Shown in pieces: positions 1 through 10,258 of a DNA stretch of 14,014 nt. Under the pieces are notes generated by a model. That model was not told the origin of the DNA and did not search any database. It worked only from the letters and a program-made list of their open reading frames with translations. The translations under genes and the position numbers were made by a program. This DNA is from Armatimonadia bacterium (GTDB taxonomy: Bacteria > Armatimonadota > Zipacnadia > Zipacnadales > UBA11051), in contig JBDKRC010000214.1 of the NCBI GenBank assembly GCA_039683575.1, positions 1 through 14,014 of the forward strand, read 5' to 3'. Each line of letters opens with the position of its first letter. Position 1 is the first letter of the stretch.

Positions 1-19
1 CGGGGGGCTACGCCCCCCG
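1..19. other. Perfect 8-bp GC stem-loop (CGGGGGGC-TAC-GCCCCCCG), possible mRNA stabiliser or pause upstream of tadE-like gene
   Basis: 1-8 pairs perfectly with 12-19. No U-tract follows, and upstream context is outside the window. Confidence 0.4.
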
Positions 20-117
20 TGGCGGCCATCTGCTCATGGGAGGCTACTTCAACTACTTGCTTCTTCGCAGCCGTAAGTGACGGCACCGGCGGGGCCGCGG
101 AAGTTGGACCTGACGAG

Positions 118-591
118 ATGAAAGAGCAATTATCCCCTTCACCTGATGCCGGATGTCGGAAACGGGGAAGCATCACGGTGGAGATGGCGATCGTCACCCC
201 CCTGCTCGTCTTCCTGCTGTTCGGAATCATCGAAGGGGGGTGGATAGCAAGAGACACTCTTGTGCTCGCTTCGGCGTGCCGCGAGGCGGCACGCATAGCC
301 AGCCTGGGGCGCTCCTGCTCACAGATCAGTGCCTGTGCGCGCGCTGCGGCGTGCTCACTGGCAGCGGGCGACATTACAGTGCAGGTTGAGTGCCAGTCGT
401 CAGGCGGAGGCGGGTGGACGGAACTCACCGATACGGCCGAGGGCACCAACTCCGCCATGCCCGGCGGCCAGGTCCGGGTAACACTGACATACCCCCATCA
501 ACTGGTCTGCGGGCCGCTCATGTCGTTGTTCGCGGACGCAGGCGGTAGTACCCGAACTATCCGCAGTACGATGGTCGCCATGAGGGAGTAA
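118..591 (+). CDS. tadE: TadE/TadF-like pseudopilin
   Basis: RKRG|SITVEMAIVTPLLVFLLFGIIE is a prepilin-type cleavage site with Glu+5 and a hydrophobic helix, followed by ACREAARIAS (TadE-like motif). ATG 118 preferred over GTG 19. TAATG overlap with the next gene. Confidence 0.85.
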   Translation: MKEQLSPSPDAGCRKRGSITVEMAIVTPLLVFLLFGIIEGGWIARDTLVLASACREAARIASLGRSCSQISACARAAACSLAAGDITVQVECQSSGGGGWTELTDTAEGTNSAMPGGQVRVTLTYPHQLVCGPLMSLFADAGGSTRTIRSTMVAMRE

Positions 592-1628
592 TGGTGGCGA
601 GGCGGACGACCATGATCAGGAGCAGTGATCTCAGCGAATGGACAGCGCGCGGCGGCTCGATCACACTTCAGGTAGCGCTTGCCCTGGTGGTGCTGGTCAC
701 ATCTGCCGCGTTGTGTTTTGACGTGGGCCAGACTGTCGTTGCGGCACAGATCGCGCAGCGAACAGCAGACGCCGCGGCGCTGGCCGGTGCCTGGGGGGCA
801 ATCACCGGTGCCGAGGCCGCAGCCTCCGACCGCGCCACGAGCATTGTGGCGGCCAACGGCGCAACCTGTTCCTACCCTCTGGCTGTGCCGCCATCCGGAA
901 TCATCTGCTTAGGTTCGGGCTCTGCCATCCCAGGCTACCGCACCCTCACCGCGGGGGAGGAAGCGATCACCGTTCCGGTGAGCGCCTATGTAACGTTCCA
1001 TTTCGCCCCCCTCTTTGGCCTCAACTCCATGACAGTCGTACGGTCGGCCACCGTGGCGCGGGTGCATGCGGCCGGCGCTCCCATTGCCCCCATGTGGATC
1101 AGCAACTCCACCCCCCTCATCGCGGGCACCGACGTGGAGTTGCACGCCAGTACCGCTGAGATTGAGCCTATTCCGGCCGGGAACTTCGGCTGGTTGGAGC
1201 CGCAAGCAGGCGACTTCCGAATGCTCCTGAGTGGCTACCAGATCCCAGACGACATCCGCCTTGCCAATTACGTGCAGGTTGGAGACACCGTGGACGCACG
1301 CACGGGGCAGCAGGTGGGCAATTGGACCAAGACACTCGAAGACCGCCTGGCCCGTGCCACCCTGCCCCCATACTCCAGCCAAACTCCAACAGAAGGCGGC
1401 TATACCGAAGACAACCCGCGTCTTCTGACGATCCCGCTGGTCACAGTCATTGGGGGAGTGGGAACCAACGCCAGCTTTCGCGTCGAGAGGTTCGCCGTGT
1501 TCTGGCTGAAGTCGGTGAGGGGTGGCTCGTCCAAGTCCATTATGGGTGAGTTCCTGCGCTATGATGTGCCGCTGCAGCCGGACACTGCGCAAGACACAGG
1601 GATCTGGACCGTGAGACTGGTTGACTAG
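591..1628 (+). CDS. TadG-like Flp pilus assembly protein (N-terminal Tad domain)
   Basis: N-terminal GGSITLQVALALVVLV...DVG...AQRTADAAALAGA matches the Tad domain pattern, and a GNFGWL motif lies in the C-terminal part. Alternative start ATG 612. Confidence 0.8.
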   Translation: MVARRTTMIRSSDLSEWTARGGSITLQVALALVVLVTSAALCFDVGQTVVAAQIAQRTADAAALAGAWGAITGAEAAASDRATSIVAANGATCSYPLAVPPSGIICLGSGSAIPGYRTLTAGEEAITVPVSAYVTFHFAPLFGLNSMTVVRSATVARVHAAGAPIAPMWISNSTPLIAGTDVELHASTAEIEPIPAGNFGWLEPQAGDFRMLLSGYQIPDDIRLANYVQVGDTVDARTGQQVGNWTKTLEDRLARATLPPYSSQTPTEGGYTEDNPRLLTIPLVTVIGGVGTNASFRVERFAVFWLKSVRGGSSKSIMGEFLRYDVPLQPDTAQDTGIWTVRLVD

Positions 1629-1675
1629 ATTCGCCCTGCCGGCGGCGGGTTCATCACGAAAAGAGACAACGATCG

Positions 1676-2869
1676 ATGCGACTGGTGCTGTGCGAAAACG
1701 AACCAGGAGATGCGGATCGGCTCATCCAGGCGCTTGGCGACACGACGTCTGTCGAGGTGGTTGGGATCGCCCGGGACGGGCTTGAGTGCGCCATGATGGT
1801 GACACAGCTACGGCCTGACCTCGCGCTGATCAGGGCGAACATGGCTGCACTTGATGGTGGCCGGGTCGCCCGCCTCAACGCTCTGACCTCTCCTGACACG
1901 ATCTCTGTGCTCGTTGCAGATGATGAGGCTGCCGCCAACGGCCTGCTCAAGGCCGCCATGCGTTCCGGGGCCAGAGCCGTAACCCATCTGGATGCTGATC
2001 CGGCCCAACTGGTGGGGACGTTGCAGGAACTCCTCCAACTCAGGCCCTCGCGCACGGACGACGACTACCTGCTGGTGAGCGATCCCAGACGTCTGCCAGT
2101 GACGATATCAGTGACGGGGTCCAAAGGTGGGATTGGGAAGACCACCACGGCGACGAACCTCGCCCTGGCCATGCAGCAGCGCTTCCCGGGCCAGGTGGTC
2201 CTGGTGGACTTTGTCGGCCACTATGGCGACATAAGCCTGATGCTCGATCTGAAGCCGCAGAATAACATCCTGGACCTCGCTGGGCTCAAGGAACTGGATG
2301 CCGATATTGTCCAGCCGATGGTATCAGTTCATTCCAGCGGCCTGCACGTGATGGCGGGCGTCAACAGCGCCGATACCCTGACGGCCACTGGAAGACTGTC
2401 ACCGATGCACGTAGCCGGTCTGCTCGGTGTCTTGCGGCGGATCTACCGGATCATCGTGATCGACGTTCCGGCCCTCGCGTACCCGCTGAGCCAATACCTC
2501 TACCAGCGCAGCACGTACATCTGCCTACTCACCTGTCTTTCAGACCTGACAACAGTCCGGAGCACGGCCTCTTTGATGCAATCACTGCTTGCCCAGAGAA
2601 TCCCGGCCAACCGCGTCAAGCTGGTGGTCAGTCGCCATGACACGCGGGACACGTATTCGGTCGCCCAACTGGAGGATTCGCTGAAACATCAGGCGGCCGT
2701 GCTGATCCCCGCGGCCGACGAGGTCGCGACGACCGCCCTGAACCGGGGGATCCCCTATGTGCTGGGCAAGCCGACCTCCCCCCCGGCGATGGCCATTGGA
2801 CACCTGGCGGACCTGATAGTGCGGGACATGGAAGCTGCGGCCCAGGCCGCCTTGGGGAACACCAGGTAA
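1676..2869 (+). CDS. cpaE: CpaE/TadZ-like pilus localisation protein (atypical receiver domain + MinD/ParA ATPase)
   Basis: Receiver-like N-terminus, deviant Walker A GSKGGIGKTT, VVLVD and IIVIDVP motifs, located directly upstream of cpaF. Confidence 0.85.
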   Translation: MRLVLCENEPGDADRLIQALGDTTSVEVVGIARDGLECAMMVTQLRPDLALIRANMAALDGGRVARLNALTSPDTISVLVADDEAAANGLLKAAMRSGARAVTHLDADPAQLVGTLQELLQLRPSRTDDDYLLVSDPRRLPVTISVTGSKGGIGKTTTATNLALAMQQRFPGQVVLVDFVGHYGDISLMLDLKPQNNILDLAGLKELDADIVQPMVSVHSSGLHVMAGVNSADTLTATGRLSPMHVAGLLGVLRRIYRIIVIDVPALAYPLSQYLYQRSTYICLLTCLSDLTTVRSTASLMQSLLAQRIPANRVKLVVSRHDTRDTYSVAQLEDSLKHQAAVLIPAADEVATTALNRGIPYVLGKPTSPPAMAIGHLADLIVRDMEAAAQAALGNTR

Positions 2870-2894
2870 GCCTGCGAGGAGTCAACCACGCACG

Positions 2895-4202
2895 ATGAAT
2901 GCGACCATCCAGGAACTCGCGTCCGAAGCGCCTGACACAATGGATTCGGACCTCGATGAGCTCAAACGCCTCATTCATGACAGGCTGCTGCGTACTACCG
3001 ATATGGCCGCGCTGCAGAAGATGGATGACAAGCGGTTGAGCGCTCGCATCTCAGAGCTTGCCGCCGAGGCCATCGCCGAACAGGGAGAGCACCTCTCGCA
3101 TCGCGCCAGGGAGCAACTCGAGACCGAGGTGCTCAATGAAGTCATCGGTTACGGACCAATTCAGGAGTTCATTGCCGATCCGAGCGTCAGCGAGATCATG
3201 GTGAACGGTCCTCACCAGATAGTGGTTGAGCGTGATGGCGTGCTGGAGTTCACCGGAAGGACTTTCACCGACGATGCCCACATCCGGCGCATCATCGAGA
3301 AGATCGTCAGCCCCCTTGGCCGCCGCATTGATGAAAGCACGCCGATGGTGGATGCCCGACTGCCCGACGGCTCGCGCGTCAACGCGATCATCCCCCCCCT
3401 GTCGCTCGAGGGCGCCTGCCTGACCATCCGCAAGTTCCCGCAGGAGCACCTGAGCCCGCAGGACCTGATGAACTTCGGCACACTGTCAGAGCAGATGTGC
3501 CATTTTCTCGAGGCTTGCGTAACTTCGCGCCTCAATATCATGGTGAGTGGAGGAACCGACAGCGGCAAGACCACGCTCCTCAACGTGCTCTCGTCATTCA
3601 TACCCGAACAGGATCGCATCGTCAGCATCGAGGATGCCGCGGAGCTTCGCCTCCAGCAGCGCCACCGCGTGCGTCTGGAGAGCCGTCCTGCCAACATCGA
3701 GGGCCACGGCGCCATTACCATCCGCGATCTTGTCCGCAATGCTCTGCGCATGCGACCAGACCGCATCATTGTGGGTGAAGTCCGCGGGGCTGAGGCTCTC
3801 GACATGCTGCAGGCAATGAACACCGGACACGAGGGTTCTCTCTCAACCCTGCACTCCAACAGCCCCCGCGACACCGTCTCCCGCTTGGAGACTATGGTGA
3901 TGATGGCGGGCATGGACTTGCCGCTGATGGCGATACGTGAGCAGATCGCGCGGGCCCTGCACCTGATCGTTCATCTGGCCCGGTTTCGCGACGGCAGTCG
4001 CCGCGTTGTCAGCATCGTCGAGGTCCAGCGAATGGAGAATGACCAGGTCGTGCTGCAGGACCTGTTCCAGTTCGACCGCACTGGGATCGATGAAAACGGC
4101 AGGATTACAGGGACCTTCCGCTCTTCCGGCGTCCGGCCGCTGTTCACGAACATACTGAAGGCCGAGGGAGTGGACCTGCCTGCCGATGTGTTTGCCCTGT
4201 AG
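2895..4202 (+). CDS. tadA: CpaF/TadA pilus assembly ATPase
   Basis: EIMVNG, PMVDARLPDGSRVNA, Walker A GGTDSGKTT, IEDAAEL, ALRMRPDRIIVGEVRGAEA and AMNTGHEGSLSTLH motifs. SD GAGGAG at 2876-2881. Confidence 0.97.
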   Translation: MNATIQELASEAPDTMDSDLDELKRLIHDRLLRTTDMAALQKMDDKRLSARISELAAEAIAEQGEHLSHRAREQLETEVLNEVIGYGPIQEFIADPSVSEIMVNGPHQIVVERDGVLEFTGRTFTDDAHIRRIIEKIVSPLGRRIDESTPMVDARLPDGSRVNAIIPPLSLEGACLTIRKFPQEHLSPQDLMNFGTLSEQMCHFLEACVTSRLNIMVSGGTDSGKTTLLNVLSSFIPEQDRIVSIEDAAELRLQQRHRVRLESRPANIEGHGAITIRDLVRNALRMRPDRIIVGEVRGAEALDMLQAMNTGHEGSLSTLHSNSPRDTVSRLETMVMMAGMDLPLMAIREQIARALHLIVHLARFRDGSRRVVSIVEVQRMENDQVVLQDLFQFDRTGIDENGRITGTFRSSGVRPLFTNILKAEGVDLPADVFAL

Positions 4203-4221
4203 GCCAGGCGGAGGAAAGACA

Positions 4222-5184
4222 ATGCTTTGGCTATTGCCGGTGCTCTCGGGGGTTTTCGGGGCCGCCTCGCTGATCATGTTCATCTGGGCGATCCTGATTG
4301 CCGACTCCGAGTCAGGGATGCGGCTGGCTGCGGCCATGCAGGAGGTGAAGCCGTCCGCCGTCACCCCGCCACCGGGCTCGGAGCCGTGGGAGACAGCCGA
4401 CCGAGCCTCAGGTATCTCGCGGATGATAGCGCGCTTGCCCTGGGTGGATCGTCTCCAGGTGCAACTTCTCAGAGCAGGCTGGCTGCTCAAGCCGTCGGAG
4501 TTCATTGCCTTCAGCACACTGGGCGCGCTGCTGCTGGCTGCTCTGTTCATGCTGGTCACCGGCTCAAGCTGGATGGGCATCCCGGGCCTGCTTATTGCCT
4601 TCTGTATCGTCTGGCTGGCCCTCAAGTCACGCCAGGCGAGCCGCAACAGGGCCTTGAGCGCGCAACTGCCCGATGTCCTGGACATGCTGTGTTCATCGTT
4701 GCGGGCCGGCTTCTCCGTCGGCCAGGCAATGAACCGCGTTCAGGGGCAAATGCCCCCTCCCATCGCAACTGAGTTCCGCCACGCCCTTGAGGAGATGCGC
4801 CTCGGCAGGTCCCTTTCAGACGCTCTGGAGACCATGGTCGCGCGCACCTCGAACTACGACCTCGCGCTGGTCGTATCTGCCGTCCAAACCCAACTTGAAA
4901 TAGGCGGCAATATCGCCGAGGTGCTGTCGAATATCGCCTCGATGATCCGCGAGCGCGTCAAGCTCAAGGGAGAGATTGCGGTGGCCTCCGCCGAGGGGAG
5001 ACTCTCAGCGATTGTGCTGCTCGCAATGCCCATAGGCATGGCCCTGATCATCCGCCTCATGAACGGTTCATATCTGGATCCTTTGGTCAGCACCACCGAG
5101 GGCAGGCTCATGCTGGCCACGGGAGCGGTTCTGATGGTTCTCGGAGCGGCGATTCTCAACAAACTCACCGCGATAGAAGTCTAG
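4222..5184 (+). CDS. tadB: TadB inner-membrane platform protein (T2SS F family)
   Basis: QLPDVLDMLCSSLRAG, GGNIAEVLSNIASMIRER and SAEGRLSA motifs plus TM helices. ATG 4222 has SD GGAGG at 4210-4214, a better start than 4186. Confidence 0.93.
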   Translation: MLWLLPVLSGVFGAASLIMFIWAILIADSESGMRLAAAMQEVKPSAVTPPPGSEPWETADRASGISRMIARLPWVDRLQVQLLRAGWLLKPSEFIAFSTLGALLLAALFMLVTGSSWMGIPGLLIAFCIVWLALKSRQASRNRALSAQLPDVLDMLCSSLRAGFSVGQAMNRVQGQMPPPIATEFRHALEEMRLGRSLSDALETMVARTSNYDLALVVSAVQTQLEIGGNIAEVLSNIASMIRERVKLKGEIAVASAEGRLSAIVLLAMPIGMALIIRLMNGSYLDPLVSTTEGRLMLATGAVLMVLGAAILNKLTAIEV

Positions 5185-5219
5185 CCAGCCGGCAATGGGG
5201 CAACGGGGGCAGGTCGCAA

Positions 5220-6152
5220 ATGGTTATTGAGTATCTCATCATTGGGTGTTCGGCTCTTGCCGCAATTATGCTCTACCTCGCGGCCAGGTCACGGGAGGAC
5301 GTGGTGGTCCAGCGGCTTGATGCAGCGATGCGGACCGGTGGCCTGGTAATGTCGGGCAGCAGCATCGATGACAGCCTTTCGCGTTCGCCATACCCGCGGT
5401 TGATCGCGCCTCAACTGGGGCGCCTGCGTGACGCTGCAGCAGGGATTGTCCCGCCGCAAGCAATGGCTCGCATCCGTGCCAGACTGGAGCGCGCGGGCCG
5501 CACCGGCCCCTGGGCCAGCGTCTGCTTCATACTGGTCAAGGTGGGGCTTTTGCTGCTGGGCATAGGGGCGGTCCTGCTGACCATGCACTTCTATGGCGGC
5601 TCCCGGCTGATTGGCGCTCTGATCAGCACTTCCCTGATGCTGGGCGCGCTGTACGCGCCTGAAGCCGGACTGAACATGCTGATCCGCAGGCGACACGATG
5701 AGATCAGGCGCTCGCTTCCGGACGTGATTGATCTCCTGGCGGTGAGTGCGGAGGCCGGGGCGGGCCTTGATGGCTCCCTCGGCACTGTAGCCCGCCGCAA
5801 ACCGGGTGCCCTGTCAGATGAGTTCAACCGGCTGCTACTCGAGGTGAGGCTGGGCAAGGGCCGTGACGAGGCCTGGGCTGATCTCGCTGAACGGGTGGAC
5901 CTCCCGGAACTGCGATCCTTCGTATCGGCGCTTGAGCAGGCTGAGGAGATGGGCGTCAGCATTGCGAACACGCTGCGCGTCCAGTCCGATGCCATCAGAA
6001 TCAAGCACAGCCTGCTGATTCGTCAGCAGGCTGCGACGTTGGCCCTTCGAATGCTGTTCCCCCTCGTCTTCTGCATCCTTCCGGCGCTGTTTGTGGTAGT
6101 TCTCGGCCCCGGCCTCATCTCAATCCACAGGGCGATGAGCGCAACGCACTAG
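5220..6152 (+). CDS. tadC: TadC inner-membrane platform protein (T2SS F family)
   Basis: LPDVIDLLAVSAEAGAGLD, QAEEMGVSIANTLRVQS and MLFPLVFCILPALFVVVLGP motifs; follows tadB. Confidence 0.93.
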   Translation: MVIEYLIIGCSALAAIMLYLAARSREDVVVQRLDAAMRTGGLVMSGSSIDDSLSRSPYPRLIAPQLGRLRDAAAGIVPPQAMARIRARLERAGRTGPWASVCFILVKVGLLLLGIGAVLLTMHFYGGSRLIGALISTSLMLGALYAPEAGLNMLIRRRHDEIRRSLPDVIDLLAVSAEAGAGLDGSLGTVARRKPGALSDEFNRLLLEVRLGKGRDEAWADLAERVDLPELRSFVSALEQAEEMGVSIANTLRVQSDAIRIKHSLLIRQQAATLALRMLFPLVFCILPALFVVVLGPGLISIHRAMSATH

Positions 6153-6820
6153 GCGGGCAATCCGTGGCCAAGGCTGAGCGCGCTCTCCACCAGAAAGATC
6201 GCGGCGTCCGCCCGCAGATTCGACAGGAAATGCACTTCCCGGCACCCCCCTTCCCCCACCGTCCGTAGGGGAATCTCCCGCACCAGCCGCAGGTCAGCCA
6301 CCTGACAGAAGTCCCGGAAGTCTTTGATCGTCGTCAAGTGGATGTTGGGCGTGTCGTACCACTCGTACGGCAGCCGCCCAGTCTTGGGCATCCGCCCGCC
6401 GAACAGGAGCTGTGCCCGCGCCGACCAGTGCGCGAAGTTCGGCAGGGTAATCACGCACTGCTTGCCAACCCGCGCCATCTCCTTGATCAGGAGCAGTGGG
6501 CGGTGCAGCACCTGGATTGTGTTGGTCAAGAGGACGTAGTCAACCGACTGGTCTGCATAGTCGGCCAACCCCTGATCCAGGTCGCCATGGATGATGCTGG
6601 TCAATCCCCGCGCCACGCATGCCTGAATGCACCGCTCGGACAGCTCCAGGCCCTGTGCCCTGACCTGCTTTTCGCGGATCAGCGCCTCCAAAAGCTCCCC
6701 ATTCCCGCAGCCAAGGTCCAGCACGCTGGTACCCCGTGCCACCAGGTCAATGATGTATCGGAAGTCCTGCCGCGGACATCCCGCCAGCTGTTCAGACAGA
6801 ATCTCTGCTTCATTTGCCAT
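6149..6820 (-). CDS. metW: Methionine biosynthesis protein MetW (SAM-methyltransferase fold)
   Basis: VLDLGCGNG, PNFAHW, GRMP and LPYEWYDTPNIHLTTIKDF motifs; starts 3 nt downstream of the metX stop. Confidence 0.95.
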   Translation of the reverse strand: MANEAEILSEQLAGCPRQDFRYIIDLVARGTSVLDLGCGNGELLEALIREKQVRAQGLELSERCIQACVARGLTSIIHGDLDQGLADYADQSVDYVLLTNTIQVLHRPLLLIKEMARVGKQCVITLPNFAHWSARAQLLFGGRMPKTGRLPYEWYDTPNIHLTTIKDFRDFCQVADLRLVREIPLRTVGEGGCREVHFLSNLRADAAIFLVESALSLGHGLPA

Positions 6821-6823
6821 CAG

Positions 6824-7957
6824 CTAACTCCTCTCCTGGCCCGCTAGGAAGCTGCGAACCAGACTTGTCAGGCTGTCCGCCTCCAGCAAGAAGGCGTCGT
6901 GCCCATAGTCCGTCTCGATCTCCGTGTACACGACCTCGCGACCATTCTGCCGGAGCGCCGTGACGATCTCTCGGGACTGATACGACGGGAACAGCCAGTC
7001 CGAGGAGAACGAGATCACCAGGAACTTGGCCTGCGTCTTCTCAAAGGCCGTCCGCAGCGATCCGTAGGCGCGTGTCAGGTCGAAGTAGTCCATCGCCTTG
7101 GTGATGTACAGGTACGAGTTTGCGTCAAACCGCTTCACAAAGCTGTCGCCCTTGTAGTGCAGGTAGCTCTCCACCTGGAAATCGGTTACGAAGTCGTAGC
7201 CGTATTCCGCCTTATCCTGCAGCCTCCGCCCGAATTTGTGGTGCATGGACTGGTCGGACAGGTACGTGATGTGCCCGACCATCCGCGCAATGGACAGACC
7301 GTGGACGGGGATGCTCTTGCCGTAGTACTCCCCGTCCCTCCAGTCCGGATCGGACATAATCGCCTGCCGCCCCACTTCATCGAACGCAATCGCCTGCGGC
7401 GACAGGCAGTGCGTGGTGGCGATGGGCAGCACCAAGCGCACGCGCTCGGGGTAGCTCACCGCCCACTGCAGCGCCTGCATCCCGCCCATGGACCCGCCCA
7501 CGACGGCGCACAACTCGTCAATCCCCAAGTGCTCCACCAGCGCCCGCTGCGCATGCACCATGTCCTCAACGGTAATAACGGGAAAAGACAGGGCATATGG
7601 GCGCCCTGTCTTGGAATTCACGCTGGAAGGCCCGGTGGACCCTTTACAGCCGCCGATGATGTTCGAGCAGATGACAAAGTACTTGTTGGTATCGAAAGCC
7701 CGCCCCGGCCCGATCATCACCTCCCACCAACCGGGGGCCTTCTCCTCGGGGCTGTTGTACCCCGCCACATGCGCATCCCCCGACAGCGCGTGGCACACCA
7801 GGATAGCGTTGTCTTTCGCCGCATTCAGCTCGCCGTAGGTCTCATAGGCCAGCGTAACCGGACCCAGAATCTGCCCATTGGCGAGCACCAGTCCGCCGGG
7901 TGCTTCGGCGAAGGTGAAGTACTTGGTCTCGACTATCCCGACCGATCCGTTGTCCAT
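6824..7957 (-). CDS. metX: Homoserine O-acetyltransferase (MetX, alpha/beta hydrolase fold)
   Basis: [16 protein letters not shown], nucleophile [21 protein letters not shown] and GHDAFLLE motifs. ATG 7957 has SD GAGGT; the longer track ORF (to 8020) runs into the REP element. Confidence 0.96.
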   Translation of the reverse strand: MDNGSVGIVETKYFTFAEAPGGLVLANGQILGPVTLAYETYGELNAAKDNAILVCHALSGDAHVAGYNSPEEKAPGWWEVMIGPGRAFDTNKYFVICSNIIGGCKGSTGPSSVNSKTGRPYALSFPVITVEDMVHAQRALVEHLGIDELCAVVGGSMGGMQALQWAVSYPERVRLVLPIATTHCLSPQAIAFDEVGRQAIMSDPDWRDGEYYGKSIPVHGLSIARMVGHITYLSDQSMHHKFGRRLQDKAEYGYDFVTDFQVESYLHYKGDSFVKRFDANSYLYITKAMDYFDLTRAYGSLRTAFEKTQAKFLVISFSSDWLFPSYQSREIVTALRQNGREVVYTEIETDYGHDAFLLEADSLTSLVRSFLAGQERS

Positions 7958-7977
7958 GATCCCAACCTCTTTCATCC

Positions 7978-8055
7978 CGCGTAGGCGGGTTCGTCTCGAA
8001 CCCGCGGTTCCACAACCCACGTGGGGTGCGGGTTCGAGACGAACCCGCCTACGCG
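7978..8055. repeat. REP doublet (REPIN-like): two inverted GTAG-type REP hairpins
   Basis: Perfect 28-bp inverted repeat at 7978-8005 and 8028-8055. Each arm is GTAG + GCGGGTTCG-TCT-CGAACCCGC. The 22-nt spacer contains the palindrome CCCACGTGGG. Confidence 0.85.
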
Positions 8056-8070
8056 ACGGATTTGCGGGGA

Positions 8071-9369
<1,299 letters not shown>

Positions 9370-9418
9370 CTATCCCCTTCTCTGCGCAACGTGGCGCGTG
9401 GTAATTGTCACTCTTCTC

Positions 9419-10126
9419 CTAAAACTGGTGGGTAAAGGCCACCGCGAACTGGTTGTCCAGCCCGTCGTTGACGCGGGCGAGGCCGGCGTCTATCGTGGTT
9501 TCGGCGTCTACCGTGTACCGGATTGCGATGTCCTTCCAGTCGTCAACCTCCGGCTGCCCGTAGTACTCCACGCCTGCGATCAGCTTAGGCGTCGCCTGCA
9601 CGCCCAGGAAGCCTCCAAACTGCAGTGAGTGCGAGGTGTCCTTGCCGAAGAGGCCCGAGCCGATGCCGTTGGTGTAGCGGGCCGTCACGCTGGCAATGAT
9701 GGGCTTCTTCGCCGGGAAGATCTTGGTGGCGGCCACGTAGAAGTCACTCGTGGTCGGGCCGCTGGTGGCGTCACGGACGATTGTGCCAATGGCCACCGCC
9801 GGCTTCTCGCCTCTGAATGGCACCGCGATGTACTTGGCGTGGAAGATGTTGAACTCGTTCTGCCCGCCGGCGTTCAAATCGGCGCGTGTCAGACCGACCT
9901 CGAGGTTCTTCGCGGCGCCGTAGGTCACGCCAAAGGTAGTCAGGGAGCCCACTGGCTGCAGGTTCAGGTAATGGCCGGAGACCGACGTCTTGCCTTCGGC
10001 GAGATCGATCGCGAGCGGGTTGAGGAAGACGCCGGTGGGGCCTTCCCAAGTGCCCTGGGCATGGACCGCGGTGACTGCGGAAGCGATCGTCAGTACGGCA
10101 ACGGCAAACAGAATGCTGCTTTTCAT
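9419..10126 (-). CDS. Exported protein, probable outer-membrane beta-barrel of unknown function (YjbH/DUF3034-like)
   Basis: Sec signal MKSSILFAVAVLTIASAVTAVHA|Q, N-terminal EGPTGVFLNPLA, alternating amphipathic beta-strands and C-terminal VAFTHQF (terminal Phe beta-signal). SD GAAAGG before ATG 10126. Family name is tentative. Confidence 0.7.
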   Translation of the reverse strand: MKSSILFAVAVLTIASAVTAVHAQGTWEGPTGVFLNPLAIDLAEGKTSVSGHYLNLQPVGSLTTFGVTYGAAKNLEVGLTRADLNAGGQNEFNIFHAKYIAVPFRGEKPAVAIGTIVRDATSGPTTSDFYVAATKIFPAKKPIIASVTARYTNGIGSGLFGKDTSHSLQFGGFLGVQATPKLIAGVEYYGQPEVDDWKDIAIRYTVDAETTIDAGLARVNDGLDNQFAVAFTHQF

Positions 10127-10143
10127 GGAAGTAGCCTTTCGCA

Positions 10144-10163
10144 CAGCGCCGCCAAGGGCGCTG
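10144..10163 (-). promoter_or_regulatory. 7-bp stem-loop immediately 5' of the beta-barrel gene SD
   Basis: On the minus strand CAGCGCC-CTTGGC-GGCGCTG, followed by TGCGAAAGG. Confidence 0.45.
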
Positions 10164-10258
10164 CAGTATTATTGGTTGGTACTCGTACGACAGGTCTGAT
10201 TGGGGGTTAGTCGAGGGGGTGACGGGGTTAGGAAGCGAGGCTCATACTTCAAGCCGCC

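Noticed and set aside
909-6004. Many minus-strand and alternate-frame ORFs across the tad operon (e.g. 909-1592, 3212-3913, 3843-4685)
   Set aside because: They overlap well-supported tad genes and have the low-complexity Arg/Pro/Ser composition typical of off-frame GC-rich sequence.
6899-7984. 361-aa + strand ORF
   Set aside because: Antisense shadow of metX in GC-rich DNA, with no recognisable motifs or SD.
7958-8020. N-terminal extension of MetX ([15 protein letters not shown]...)
   Set aside because: Translated REP sequence; the SD supports ATG 7957.
7978-8055. CRISPR mini-array or intrinsic terminator
   Set aside because: The repeats are inverted rather than direct, there are only two units, and there are no cas genes or U-tract.
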